Assembly (NCBI RefSeq): GCF_009914755.1
Contig: NC_060927.1
From: the human T2T-CHM13v2.0 reference genome, Homo sapiens
Strand: one strand, 5' to 3'
Length of the DNA: 64,000 nt
The translations under genes were made by a program, and so were the position numbers. The notes under the pieces are model-generated. The model was not told the DNA's origin. It saw only the letters and a program-made list of their open reading frames with translations, and searched no databases. Below, one piece after another: positions 15,317 through 32,135 of the stretch (its first letter is position 1; every line of letters starts with the position of its first letter).

Positions 15317-15521
15317 GCAAAGGCATAAGAATGATACAATGGACTTTGGGGACTTGGGAAGGGTGCGGGGGTGGCGAGGGAAAAAAGACTACAAATAGGG
15401 TGCAGTGTACACTGCTTGGGTGATGGGTACACCAAAATCTCACAAATCACCACTAAAGAATTTATTCATGTAACCAAATACCACCTGTACTCCAATAACC
15501 TATAGAAAAATAAAATTTAAA
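15317..15521 (+). mobile_element. L1PB 3' end fragment
   Basis: 'gcaaaggcataagaatgatacaatggactttgggga...' L1PB 3'UTR. Perfect TSD aaaatctaggtctg at 15303-15316 and 15522-15535. Confidence 0.9.
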
Positions 15522-15920
15522 AAAATCTAGGTCTGACCCAGGCAATCTGGATATATGGTCTCCCTGGAGTCCTAAATGAACTTCTAGACCCTGGGCCATA
15601 ACAAAATCAGTTATCTCACCCCTGCACTGATTATCAATGTTCTCCCTGAAGCTACCATAGCGAACTGATGCCAAATTCACTTTCTGCCCCTGAATTTTAA
15701 AAGAGGTCGCCATATCTTTCTGATGCATTCTCTTTTTAAAAAAAGAGAATTTTTCCGACGGGTGTTTTTCCAAAGGGCTTAAAAAACGGCGCACCACGAG
15801 ATTATATTCCGCACCTGGCTCGGAGGGTCCTACGCCCACGGAGTCTCGCTGATTGCTAGCACAGCAGTCTGACATCAAACTGCAAGGCGGCAGCGAGGCT
15901 GGGGGAGGGACGCCCGCCAT
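15462..15920 (-). CDS. L1 ORF0 read-through chimeric ORF, 152 aa (hypothetical)
   Basis: Starts MAGVPPPASLPPCSLMSDCCASNQRDSVGVGPSEPG (ORF0) in context gcaATGg and continues in frame into flanking DNA. AATAAA at 15466-15461 overlaps the stop. Confidence 0.35.
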   Translation of the reverse strand: MAGVPPPASLPPCSLMSDCCASNQRDSVGVGPSEPGAEYNLVVRRFLSPLEKHPSEKFSFFKKRMHQKDMATSFKIQGQKVNLASVRYGSFRENIDNQCRGEITDFVMAQGLEVHLGLQGDHISRLPGSDLDFFKFYFSIGYWSTGGIWLHE

Positions 15921-16375
15921 TGCCCAGGCTTGCTTAGGTAAACAAAGCAGCCTGGAAGCTCCAACTGGGTGGAGCCCACCACAGCTCAAGGAGGCCTGCC
16001 TGCCTCTGTAGGCTCCACCTCTGGGAGCAGGGCACAGACAAACCAAAAGACAGCAGTAACCTCTGCAGACTTAAATGTCCCTGTCTGAAAGCTTTGAAGA
16101 GAGCAGTGGTTCTCCCAGCACACAGCTGGAGATCTGAGAACGGGCAGACTGCCTCCTCAAGTGGGTCCCTGACCCCTGACCCCCGAGCAGCCTAACTGGG
16201 AGGCACCCCCCAGCAGGGGCACACTGACACCTCACACGGCAGGGTATTCCAACAGACCTGCAGCTGAGGGTCCTGTCTGTTAGAAGGAAAACTAACAAAC
16301 AGAAAGGACATCCACACCAAAAACCCATCTGTACATCACCATCATCAAAGACCAAAAGTAGATAAAACCACAAAG

Positions 16376-17392
16376 ATGGGGAAAAAACAGAACAGAAAAA
16401 CTGGAAACTCTAAAAAGCAGAGTGCCTCTCCTCCTCCAAAGGAATGCAGTTCCTCACCAGCAACGGAACAAAGCTGGATGGAGAATGACTTTGACGAGCT
16501 GAGAGAAGAAGGCTTCAGACGATCAAATTACTCTGAGCTACGGGAGGACATTCAAACCAAAGGCAAAGAAGTTGAAACCTTTGAAAAAAATTTAGAAGAA
16601 TGTGTAACTAGCATAACCAATACAGAGAAGTGTTTAAAGGAGCTGAAGGAGCTGAAAACCAAGGCTCGAGAACTACGTGAAGAATGCAGAAGCCTCAGGA
16701 ACCGATGTGATCAACTGGAAGAAAGGGTATCAGTGATGGAAGATGAAATGAATGAAATGAAGCGAGAAGGGAAGTTTAGAGAAAAAAGAATAAAAAGAAA
16801 TGAGCAAAGCCTCCAAGAAATATGGGACTATGTGAAAAGACCAAATCTACGTCTAATTGGTGTACCTGAAAGTGATGGGGAGAATGGAACCAAGTTGGAA
16901 AACACTCTGCAGGATATTATCCAGGAGAACTTCCCCAACCTAGCAAGGCAGGCAAACATTCAAATTCAGGAAATACAGAGAACGCCACAAAGATACTCCT
17001 CGAGAAGAGCAACTCCAAGACACATAATTGTCAGATTCACCAAAGTTGAAATGAAGGAAAAAATGTTAAGGGCAGCCAGAGAGAAAGGTCGGGTTACCCT
17101 CAAAGGGAAGCCCATCAGACTAACAGCGGATCTCTCAGCAGAAACCCTACAAGCCAGAAGAGAGTGGGGGCCAATATTCAACATTCTTAAAGAAAAGAAT
17201 TTTCAACCCAGAATTTCATATCCAGCCAAACTAAGCTTCATAAGTGAAGGAGAAATAAAGCACTTTACAGACAAGCAAATGCTGAGAGATTTTGTCACCA
17301 CCAGGCCTGCCCTAAAAGAGCTCCTGAAGGAAGCGCTAAACATGGAAAGGAACAACCGGTACCAGCTGCTGCAAAATCATGCCAAAATGTAA
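16376..17392 (+). CDS. LINE-1 ORF1p (RNA-binding chaperone), intact 338 aa
   Basis: Full-length MGKKQNRK...NHAKM with REKG, ARR and YPAKLS motifs. Confidence 0.9.
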   Translation: MGKKQNRKTGNSKKQSASPPPKECSSSPATEQSWMENDFDELREEGFRRSNYSELREDIQTKGKEVETFEKNLEECVTSITNTEKCLKELKELKTKARELREECRSLRNRCDQLEERVSVMEDEMNEMKREGKFREKRIKRNEQSLQEIWDYVKRPNLRLIGVPESDGENGTKLENTLQDIIQENFPNLARQANIQIQEIQRTPQRYSSRRATPRHIIVRFTKVEMKEKMLRAAREKGRVTLKGKPIRLTADLSAETLQARREWGPIFNILKEKNFQPRISYPAKLSFISEGEIKHFTDKQMLRDFVTTRPALKELLKEALNMERNNRYQLLQNHAKM

Positions 17393-17440
17393 AGACCATC
17401 GAGACTAGGAAGAAACTGCATCAACTAACGAGCAAAATAA

Positions 17441-21294
<3,854 letters not shown>

Positions 21295-21719
21295 AAAATG
21301 AGATCACATGGACACAGGAAGGGGAACATCACACTCTGGGGACTGTTGTGGGGTGGGGGGAGGGGGGAGGGATAGCATTGGGAGATATACCTAATGCTAG
21401 ATGACGAGTTAGTGGGTGCAGCGCACCAGTATGGCACATGTATACATATGTAACTAACCTGCACAATGTGCACATGTACCCTAAAACTTAAAGTACAATA
21501 ATAAAAAAATAATAATAATAATTAGAGTAATACTTAATAAATGAGTAAAATTCTTTTTAAATTTTTGGTTTGACATAGCCAGACAACTTATTCAACTCTT
21601 CATTTCACTTTATAGTAGATACAAGATGGCTGGAAAGAGATAACCTGACAAATACATTTATGTGATAAGCGATGAAATAAAATGTTCTTAAGAAAAAAAA
21701 AAAGATCTTAATTGGCTTT

Positions 21720-22009
21720 TTGAAATTTTTTTTAATGTTTATGAATACATAGTAGGTATATATATTTATGGGGTACATGATATATTTTGATACAGGTGTA
21801 TGGGGATGATTCATGGGTATAAAATATAATTATATACAATTAATAAGATCTATTATTTGATAGTACCACACAGTAACTACAGCCAGCAATAATTTGTTGT
21901 ATATTTTAAAATAACTGAGGGAGTACAATTAGAATGTTCATAACAAAGAAATGATGAATGCTAGAGGTGATGGATACCCCCATTTAACCTGATATGATCA
22001 TTACACATC
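21720..22009 (-). mobile_element. L1MA (L1MA1-3-like) 3' end with 5' inversion
   Basis: 21720-21800 is the antisense 3' tail; 21801-22009 is the adjacent upstream 3'UTR segment in sense orientation. Confidence 0.75.
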
Positions 22010-22348
22010 TCATTTGTTTTTATAAAACCAGTATGAGTTTCAGTGCTTTGCCATCAAACAGCCATTTATAAGACACAGGACAAAATTCAAGAGTCAAGTT
22101 TCCTTGCCTCTTCCATTTTTAAACATATGGTGCCTTCCTTGAATATACCCACAGTTTAAGCCTTTCCTATATAACTGTTAAATGACATACTTGAATTTCT
22201 GTTTAATAAGTAAGCAAATAATAAATATATCTTCCAGATGTCAGCAAATAAGTGAGGAGAAAATATATAATGACAGAAAGACTTTTCAATTTTTCATGAA
22301 ACGGTATCAACCAGGCGTCTGCCTTTTCACTAGCTAAGTTAACGTTAC

Positions 22349-22392
22349 CTTCATTAGACTACATGCAAATCCAGTAACTTTACTTTCAGTGA
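22349..22392 (-). CDS. Candidate 44-nt coding exon (+TESKVTGFACSLMK)
   Basis: tttctgttatcttttatgtcacag|TC...ATGAAG|gtaacg. The only open frame is phase 1 to 0. Confidence 0.5.
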
Positions 22393-22479
22393 CTGTGACA
22401 TAAAAGATAACAGAAACTCTTCTGCACCACATTGCTTACTTTTACAATAATTCAAGTATTGGGTACCAGAAACCATTAC

Positions 22480-22499
22480 CAACAAGCAAGTTCCAGTAC
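22480..22499 (-). CDS. Candidate 20-nt microexon (+YWNLLV+)
   Basis: ttgttcgtttgtgcctccaaag|GTACTGGAACTTGCTTGTTG|gtaatg, with an 87-nt intron to the next exon. Phase 2 to 1. Confidence 0.42.
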
Positions 22500-23406
22500 C
22501 TTTGGAGGCACAAACGAACAAATGACACTCTCTGGAGTAACTTCCAATATATTTGCACCATGAAAAATATAAGAATCTCAGAATATACATAAATCAAAAG
22601 AAAGTTTTTATCTACATTACCAGAGATTTTAACACTAAATCTACTGAATATTTTCCTTACCAACACAATAATCTATGCCACTGAACATTACTATTTGGCT
22701 GGTCACTAATATGGTGGCCTATAATGCAAAGAGCCATTCCAATAAAACCTTCCCACTATGACTGCACTGCTCTTAATGGTTTTATTTCTAGGAACATTGC
22801 ATGGCAGGAGATGCCACTTCCCTCTTCCTCCTATCAGACTTTGCATTTCTTTGATATAAAGCACCATTCATAACCATCTTTTTGTTTTCTCCCATTCCTT
22901 CCCTTTGCAATAACAAAGGTTAGGATTGTTGGATAATTCAACATAATGTCAAAGTACTAAGTCAGTGCCGCATTTTTAGCTGAACAACCCAGAATTTTCA
23001 CTCAAAGGAAGCCACGTTAATCTTACAAAATCAGGGAATCTTCAAGGAAAAATAGGGCAGGTGCTGTGTAAAAGAAAACGAACTGCCTCTTTTCTTGAGA
23101 AGACAATTTGACATACATTTCTTGAGCCTACTCAACACCAGACACTATTCTAGGACAGAGATAAAGTCTCTCTCCATTAGGCATTTGCAAACACTTAGAG
23201 GAAACAAACAGAAAAAAATAAAATTTTTTAGGTTGTCAAATCCAAAACAGAAGACTATGTGTTTCTTATGTACTAATGAATCCTAAGTCCTTAAAACATA
23301 ATAAAGACTCAATAAACAGTTTCCAAAATAAAAAAATCAAGTAGTACATCATGCATAATGTCACATGAATAGTTACCTTTAGAAAGACTTAGAAATGTCT
23401 ATAAGA

Positions 23407-23736
<330 letters not shown>

Positions 23737-24369
23737 TCAGAAGGTGAGAGAAATTACTCTGGTTGGGGAGTTTCAAGCAGGTGACACCAGGAAGGGAAGG
23801 TCAAAACTGGATCCTGAAGGGCAAGTAGAAATAGTGATACCCAGGAGAAAAATAAAAGTTGCATTCAACCAATGAAGGAGAGATTAACTGGGCCAAGCCA
23901 GAAATGGAGTGTAAAATTAATGGTTGCTAAGACTAGAAGGACTAATTGGGAAAAGATTGTAAAAAGTGTCTTCAACCACACAAAAGAGTTAAGACGTTTT
24001 TCTGTTCTGCAACAGTAGAACTATCAGCCACACTAAAGGAGACCTGGGTTCAAGTCCTTGTTCATTAACTAACTAGATATAGAACTCGAACCAATTCATT
24101 TTTCTTATATGTAGTAGGTAAAATTGAGCTAGAAATTGACCTAGGGCATTTCCCAGTCTTGCTAAATATAAAAACCACTTTATAAAGTAAAAAAATTACA
24201 TTATTTGAATGATAATAATTGTACTTTTTAAATAATACATCATAACATTTAAAAAAGACATTGACTATGAAATATAGAATAAAAAGGCTATTATGAATTT
24301 AACATTGCTTTTAACATACTTCTACTCTATTGCTTACAGTAGCATCTTTATTCATCTGAAAAGTCCTGA

Positions 24370-24810
24370 TGGGTATAAGGCTGATCACATTATGGCTTAA
24401 TTTGCATTTCTCTGATTACTAATGAGATTGTGCATCATTTTGTGTATTTATAGGTCATTTTGAATCTTCTTCTATGAAATGCCTGCTCATGCCTTTTGTC
24501 CATTTCTTTATTGTGTTGTCTTTCATAACTGATTTAAATAATACTTTGTATATTCTATTAATACATACACAGTTCTTTTCAATATTTTTCTTTGTAAATT
24601 TTTTCTCCTAGTTTGTGGATTGTCACTTTCTTTATGGTGTCTTCTAATGAAAAGAAAGTCTTTGCTTTAATGAAGTTAAATTTATCGATACTTTCCTTTA
24701 TGGTTTGTACTTTTTGTCTCCTTAAGTAATTCTTTCCTTCTCCAGGGTTATAAAGACATTCTCCTACGTTTTCTACTAAATTTTAAATTTTATCCTTCAT
24801 ATTTTTTCTT
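24370..24810 (-). mobile_element. Old L1M ORF2 fragment
   Basis: 'ttaatttgcatttctctgattactaatgag...' is typical antisense L1 ORF2 3' sequence. Confidence 0.7.
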
Positions 24811-24887
24811 CATATATAATGTACATATATCAATGTATAAATAATATATCCTAATTTTTAAGAATTTAGAAAATAACACAGAGGCAA

Positions 24888-25244
24888 TGATATGGTTTGG
24901 CTATGTCCCCACCAAAATTTCATCTTGAATTGTAGCTTCCATAATTCCCACATGTTGTAGGAGGGACCTGGTGGGAGATAACTGAATCATGGGGGCAGTT
25001 TCCCCCATATTGTTATTGTGGTAGTGAATAAGTCTCATGAGATCTGATGGTTTCATAAGGGAAACCCCTTTCGCGTGGTTCTCATTCTCTCGTATTGCCA
25101 TGTGAGACATGCCTTTCACCTTCCACCATGAATGTGAGGCCTCCCCAGCCACATGACACTGTGAGTACATTAAACCTCTTTTGCTTTATAAATTACCCAG
25201 TCTTGGGTATGTCTTTATCCACAGTGTGAAAATGGACTAATACA
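24888..25244 (+). mobile_element. THE1 (THE1C-like) solo LTR
   Basis: tgatatggtttggct…ggactaataca termini. 5-bp TSD (g/a)gcaa. Confidence 0.92.
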
Positions 25245-25399
25245 AGCAATAACTATTAACCTTTTAGTATATTGCTTTCAGTTTGTTTCTATGTTTGTAT
25301 ATTTTTAATAAAATTGAAATCAGCTTCTTAGTCTGCTACTTTTATTTAATATTATTATATAAGCATTTCCAATGTCATTATTAATTAAATATGATTTTT

Positions 25400-26526
25400 T
25401 TCTTCAACTTTATTATGGTTTAATTAACAATTTAAAAATTATACATATGGTGTACAATGTGATGTTTTGATATGGGCATACATTGTGAAATGTGTATATA
25501 TATATGTATATATATACCACTTTTTTCTTTATTTATCCACTGATGAACACCTAGGTTAATTCTCTATTTTGGCTAAAAACTATAGTAAGCAAAACAGCAT
25601 GGTACACACATAAAGACAGATATACAGACCAGTGGAACAGAAAAGAGAATCCAGAAATAAATACACACATTTATGATCAAGTGGTCTTTAACAAAGCTGC
25701 CAAGAACACACAATGGGGAAAGGATGGCCTCTTCAACAGTGTTGGAAAAACTGGATAGCCACGTGCAGAAGAATGAAATTTGTCTCTTACTAAATATACA
25801 AAAATCACCTCAAAATGGATTAAAAACTTAAACATGAGAACTGAAACTCTAAAACTACCACAAAGTTACCAAGGGGAAAGCTTCTTGACATTGGCCTTGG
25901 CAAAGACTTTGTGGATGCAACCCTAAAGCACAAGCAACATAGGCAAAAATAGACAAATGAGATTGCTTTAAACCCAAAAGCTTCTGCGCAGCAAAGGAAA
26001 CAATCAATAGAGTAAAAAGCAAACCTGGGGAATGGGAGAAAATATTTGCAAATCATACATCTGACAAGGAATTGATATTCAAAAATATATAAGGAACTCA
26101 AACAACTAGCAAGAAAACAAATAATTTGATTTTTAAGTGGGCAAAGGACCTGAATAGACATTTCTCAAAGAAGACATAAGAACGGCCAACAGATGATCAT
26201 CTAGTCACGAGAGAAATGCAAATTAAAGCCATAATGAGACATCATCTCATACCTGTTAGAATGGCTATTATCAAAAAGACAAAAGATAACAAGTATTGGT
26301 GAGGATGTAGAGAAAAGAGAATCTTTGCACACTGTTGATGGGAATGTAATCTGTTCTAGACATTATGGAAACCAGTAGAGAGTTTCCTAAAAATATTATA
26401 AATGGAACTATCATGTGATCTAGCAATCACACTTTTGAGTACATATTCAAAGAAAATAAAATCTGTATGTCAAAGAGATATCTACACTCCCTCATGTCTA
26501 TTACACCATTATTCACAATAGTGAAG
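25400..26526 (-). mobile_element. L1MA-type 3' region with 5' inversion
   Basis: 25400-25575 is the antisense 3' end; 25576-26526 is sense ORF2 3' region, ending where the antisense part begins (cacaatag/tagccaa). Confidence 0.75.
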
Positions 26527-26685
26527 TTTACTTTTCATACATACTTTTCATATCAGTGAAGTCCACCTGATATATGTTTGTTGTAGTGTGAGATGGGTAT
26601 TCATGTTGATTTTTCCAAGTAATTATCCTGCATAATTCCTGAATATTCCATTCCCCTCCACCTGCCACTGATTGGCAAAGCCATG

Positions 26686-27101
26686 TCTGATGATTAATTT
26701 TATGTGTCAATTTGATATACAAGAGCCTGGATAGAACAAACAGGTGGAAGAAAGGCAAATTCTCTTTCTCTCCCTGAGCTGGGACATTATTCTTCTCCTG
26801 GCATTGGACATCAAAGCTCCTGGTTCTCAGGCCTGGGCTTACACCAGTGAACTTCTGGGTTCTCAGACTTTCATCCTCAGACAGGGCATTACACCATTAG
26901 CTCTCCTGGTTCCCAGGCCTTCAGACTCAAATGGAATTACACCACCAGCTTTCCTGGTTCTCCAGTGTGCAGATGGCATGTTGTAGAAAGCTTTGGCCTC
27001 CATAATCATGTGAGCCAACTTCCATAATAGATTTCCATATATATATATTTATATATATAATCCTATTGGTTCTGTTTCTCTGGAGAGCCCTGACTAAAAC
27101 A
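26686..27101 (+). mobile_element. MLT2 (ERVL) solo LTR with internal deletion, nested in an old L1M
   Basis: tctgatgattaattttatgtgtcaa…ctctggagagccctgactaaaaca. Perfect 5-bp TSD ccatg. Confidence 0.88.
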
Positions 27102-29204
27102 CCATGTCTGCCTTACACATTTCTCTATTTGCATGGATTTGTTTAAGCATTCTTTATTCTCTTCCACTGGTCTAGTTATTTAAATTTCTGCCAATGCCAC
27201 ACTATTTTAATCACTATAGCTTTGTAATAAGTCTTTATATCTGCCCAAGCAAATACCTCTATATTATAAAGCTCCATTAAATATCCAAACATGCCATTGT
27301 TCAAAATGCACCATTTGGATACTTATTAATATTCACTTACTAATAAACATGACATATTATCTTTTCTCATAGGTGGGGGACGGAATGAACAAAAATACCT
27401 AATTTAAATATTCAATCACTTATGGATAACTGGAAATAAATTTGAATGATATTCTGGGCTCATATTTTGAGAATGCTTTTGTTACCCATGCAATACATAG
27501 AGAAAAGCAAATGCCAGATTACCCAGGCACATCTAAGTCACCTATATGAGAGACTACCCAAATAATGACTCTAAAGCAAAATAAAGCATGCCACCTCTGG
27601 AGACAACAAAAGTCTTTATTTACCTTCTTAAAGAAGTGATAAGTTCAATAGGTGGTGAGAAAATGTTTAAAAATAACTGACTTATCTCAAAAGTAGTCTT
27701 AATTTTTAAAGGCCAAAGGATACCCACAGGCCCAGTTGTTAAACATGCAAACACATGTGAATTCCTTTTGACTACGTCATTTACATGGCAATATATGTGC
27801 AATAATATTTATAAATAAAACCTTGAATAAGGTTATGGTTTAATATGCATGTCACACTCTCCGAGTCTTTCTGGTATAAAATTTTTTTTCAAGTAATATG
27901 CCTCTTCATTCATATGCTACATTTTTTTTCTAAAGGTTACACAATAAAATGAATTATAGTTGAGTGCATAATTCTACTTGAATAATCAAGCTCATTTGGG
28001 AAGTCAGTTCTAATGTCTGCAGCTGGGCTGAAAAGGCATTGCTGGGCTCACAGCTATAAGAGCGTCAATGTCAGCAGGGGAACACTTGGAAAATGGGTAA
28101 CATCTTCCCTTCACAGCAGCACTTTTGGCTAAATGGAATGTTGTGCTCTAAACTAAATTACTTCAAGTCTATTTGTGAGACTCAGTTGGATACACGTTTC
28201 TTATATAAACAACGGCTGGAGATAAATCTGCCAAAACTGGCATGCTGATTTGTATTTTTAGTTATGTAAAACTTTTAGGCCCAGAAATGGAATCCACAAA
28301 AGCATGTTATTCTAGCCCCCAAAATTTCTTGGGTATTTTATTGAATACATTATCATGCTTAATACATATATTTACTAATGGTCTCCTGGTACTACAGAAA
28401 TTATACTCATTTCTCTGGACTGTCCCCCAATGACCAACTTAGTTCCAGGGCATTTCAGCTACTACCGAGTAAAATTGGTAACTAGGGAATTTAACTAAGC
28501 TGCCAAAACTCTTCAATATTAAAGACAACAAGTAAGGGCTTTCCTCAAGGGATCAAGACTTAACCACAGTTGGAAACAGAGGAAATTCCTTCTAGTGTTT
28601 TCACACATATAAGGGAAGGGTATAGTTCAGGAGTTAGTGAGCTCTAAATTAGGCAGAACACCACCATGGTTTCACCTACCAGGAGGTAGAAATGTAAGAA
28701 TAAAAATCTAAATAATTCGTTTATTTCCATTTAAAGAGTGAAGGAAAGTATGCAAAATTTTGGCAGGAAGAATTGAAGACTTCAGAATTCCAAAGGTTTG
28801 TGGTGCAGCATAAATCACTTCATTCTCCTTGGATAATTTTTTTAAACCTAACTTTGTAGCCTCCAGTGTATTTTTTTTTTCAGCATCTCCATCACCTATG
28901 CCCCCTCCTCCCATCTCTAACATAACTGCTTTAGTGATGATCCCAGAAGTCTCTAACTATTGTTCAGAGAGAACAGAAAATCCCACACTAGTAGAAGTGA
29001 AATGGAAAGTACAGTAGGAGTCATATACATTTTAGGAAACTACGCTCTGTTCAGGTCCTGATAGAAAAGGAAGACAGCATTTGCTGTGAGACGTAAAGTG
29101 CTCTGCTGGTCATATATAAACTTTTCAGTATAGCATCTGATTTGATGCATGAGAAAACGGAGAGACACAAGTGCATTGGCCACTCCTCACAGCCCTCCCT
29201 TCTA

Positions 29205-29751
29205 TGACAGGTGGTGGGTTTGCGGTTTCAGCACCTGTTCCAACCCCCTTCTAGCATGCCAAAGCAGGCAAGCTGTATAATTATATTTCCCAAACTCTTA
29301 CAGCTAGCATTCTACGTGTTATTCAATTTCCACCAATCAGGGATTGGTGCAAGACCTTGATTTGGAACTGGGTCACTTGGAGAGAAAAGCACTCATTCAG
29401 ACTTTGACTTGAAATGGGTTTACATGAGGCAAGCAAGGTGAGATGCAGGACACCTATTTTCCTGGCGTAGAGCCTGGCAGAGTCGGCGGGTTCTGGTGTC
29501 AGTAACTATGGTGGTGACTTCTTGAATAGCAACTTCATCCTCCTGGCAAAGGCAGCAGCTCTGTTGGTTGCTTGTCCCTGCACTATGGTTCTGGTTATAG
29601 CTCCTCCTACTTGAGTGTGTCTCTTCTCAGTGAACCTTTGAGGCTTCTCAATGGAACTTTGAGGTCTCTATTCGTTTCTCTCAATAAATGCTTTTCTAGT
29701 TAAACAAGCCATAGTAAAGTCTATTGTGTGTACGAACTGTGGCTACTAACA
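29205..29751 (+). mobile_element. LTR33-like ERVL LTR
   Basis: 'atttcccaaactc...ccaccaatcag...gatttggaa...aataaatgcttttctagttaaacaagcca' pattern. Confidence 0.6.
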
Positions 29752-29796
29752 TGACTTAAAAATCTATAAAATAGTCTAGAGTTAAACAGAAAACCG

Positions 29797-30130
29797 TTCT
29801 TCCAGCCTTCATCTTTCTCCCCTGCTGGATGCTTCCTGCCCTTGACTATCGGACTCCAGGGTCTTCAGCTTTTGGACTCTTAGACTGACACTACTGGCTT
29901 GCCAGGCAGGGGTTCTCAGGCCTTCGGCCACAGACTGAAGGCTGCACTGTCGGCTTCCCTACTTTTAAGATTTTGGGACTCGGGCTGGCTTCCTTGCTCC
30001 CCAGCTTGCAGATGGCCTATTGTGGGACTTCACCTTGTGACCCTGTGCATCAATACTCCTTAATAAATTCCCTTTCATATATACATCTATTCTACTAGGC
30101 CTGCCCCTCTAGAGAACACTAACTAATACA
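29797..30130 (+). mobile_element. MLT2A LTR, 3' part
   Basis: 'gccttcggccacagactgaaggctgcactgtcggcttccctact' and the …ctaataca end. Confidence 0.88.
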
Positions 30131-30546
30131 ACAATCATTGAATGAAATAACCTTGTAGCACTCTAAAAATTAAGTAGATTAAGAACTAAGCCTTATTTAA
30201 CAAATGGTTTGCATATCTATGTAAAAAAATATGCATCTGTAAATTGGTCAAAAATGATGAACTTTGCTTTAGACACCAAGAAAATACGAACAATCCTAAA
30301 ACTATAAGCAAACTATTCTCCTAAAGTATACTTGCAGTAGATTGGTTGTGGCCTTGATTGTATTTGTACAGAACATCAGTGTTCTAAATGGTGACTGAAT
30401 TTCTGTCACCTCAAAAACATTACATAAGTTGTACTAGAGCAGAAATGCCACAAAATTACCATTAAAAAAAGAAATTAAAAAATCACATTAAGAAAATAGT
30501 GATTATACAAAACAGAAACAAATTAAATAAGAAAAAATTAACTTAC

Positions 30547-30560
30547 TATGAATGCTGGTT
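30547..30560 (-). other. Candidate 14-nt microexon
   Basis: ctcatttgtcccctcaag|AACCAGCATTCATA|gtaagt. Strong sites; frame unresolved. Confidence 0.3.
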
Positions 30561-30924
30561 CTTGAGGGGACAAATGAGTTTAATCAGATGGTGAAAATTT
30601 AGAAATCATTGTTAAGCTTCTCAACAGAATATTAGAAATCATGGTACTGATTCATTTTTATGTCAATTTCTTTTTCAGAAAATTATTACATCCATTTCCA
30701 AGAGATGAATGTGCCACTAATATTACACACACAGCTTTTCAGTTTCAATTAGTGATATTTTGAGGATTCATAAATACAATAGAAAAGGGAAGGCCAAAAG
30801 ACATAAGGAAAGAAACCTTTTCTGAGATAACTATTCATTTTTAAAAAATGAAGATAGTTGTGTAAATGTGCAATAAAAGGTTATCTCAGCATGTCTGTGG
30901 TGTTCAAACCCTATACATTCAACA

Positions 30925-31407
30925 GAAAGGAGTGGCCCTTAGTTGGTTCCTGGGAAATAAACCATAAGCACTTGGAATATCCTGCCTGATTAGATTCTTT
31001 GTATATATGAGGTCTTGGACCACACCAGACAATTTGTGCTAATGATGCAATTTATGGAGAGTGCCTCTTTTTGTTCCCCTGGAGTCTTGGGTCATGCTAT
31101 AATAGTTTGGCCTCTGGGCAGGGTGTCATGGGCACCCTGAACACCAAGGCTCCAGTGAGCTTCCCCGGTAGGTCATACATCATACATGTCATCTCACATA
31201 GTCCCTCGGAAAATTAAGAGTTGCATATGACTCCACTAGGAGAGAACAACAAGAAGTTTGAGGCTGGTTTCTGCTGGACTCTACCCTATGCATCTTTTCC
31301 ACTTGCTAATTTTAATCTATCTCCTTTCCCTAAACCATGAGTATAAAATCATTCTAAGTTCTGTAAGAATTATCAAAACTGGAGTAGTCCTAGAGACTCC
31401 CAAGACA
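30925..31407 (+). mobile_element. MER68/MER21-group LTR
   Basis: 'ttggaatatcctgcctgat', 'caccaaggctccagtgagcttccc' and 'gactccactaggagagaacaac' motifs. Confidence 0.65.
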
Positions 31408-31579
31408 GCAAATTTAAGAATATGGCACAAGGTAGATGTAGTAAAAGGATATTACATAGAGTAGAGTTAATAGAAGACAGATCACAAAGAAGAATAGCAT
31501 TTTTCCACAGATGGGAAAGAAAATGATTTTGAAAGTCACATGACCTCATCCATAGATTTCTGATTTATTACAAAGAGGA

Positions 31580-32135
31580 TAACATGCATCTAAAAGGGAG
31601 AGCTCTGGTGGTCACTGTCCTGATCAAGGGATCGAGCTCAGAATCACCAGAGAGTAAGAATACAAAGACCTCCTGCAATGCAGTGAGAAGTGCCAAACAA
31701 CATCTCCACAGCATTCTTGCTGAAAATGTTTGACCTGCATCCAGTCAGGAAACAGACAAACATGGACCATGAGATGTTCTGCATGACAGCTTTATTGCAC
31801 TTTTCAAAGCATTCAGTGTCATGAAAAATAGAAGGAGATGATAAAGCTGTTCTGGTTTAGGAGAGACTAAAGAGACAATGGGAATGAAATAATGCATCTC
31901 CTTTGATTTCGGAGCTAAAACAACAATAATAATGATATAATGTAATATGACACAATATAACAAACTATTGTGGACATTTGGGGCATGATCGGGGCAATCT
32001 GGATACGAACAATATTGAATTAATGTTGATTTTCTTAGTTGTAGCAAATACCTCTGTTTGGAAAGATGCATGTCATGCTGAAGTATTTAGAGGTAAACTG
32101 TGATGTCTGTAATCTATTTTCAATTGTTTAGCAAA
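31580..32135 (+). mobile_element. Old L1ME/L1MC 3'UTR
   Basis: 'gctgaagtatttagaggtaaa..tgatgtctgtaatctattttcaa' is a typical old-L1 3' end. Confidence 0.6.

Noticed and set aside
21349-21371. G-quadruplex motif
   Set aside because: Standard L1 3'UTR G-tract, not locus-specific.
22349-22499. Single 151-nt exon interpretation
   Set aside because: It has stops in all three frames; splitting into 20-nt and 44-nt exons with an 87-nt intron resolves them.
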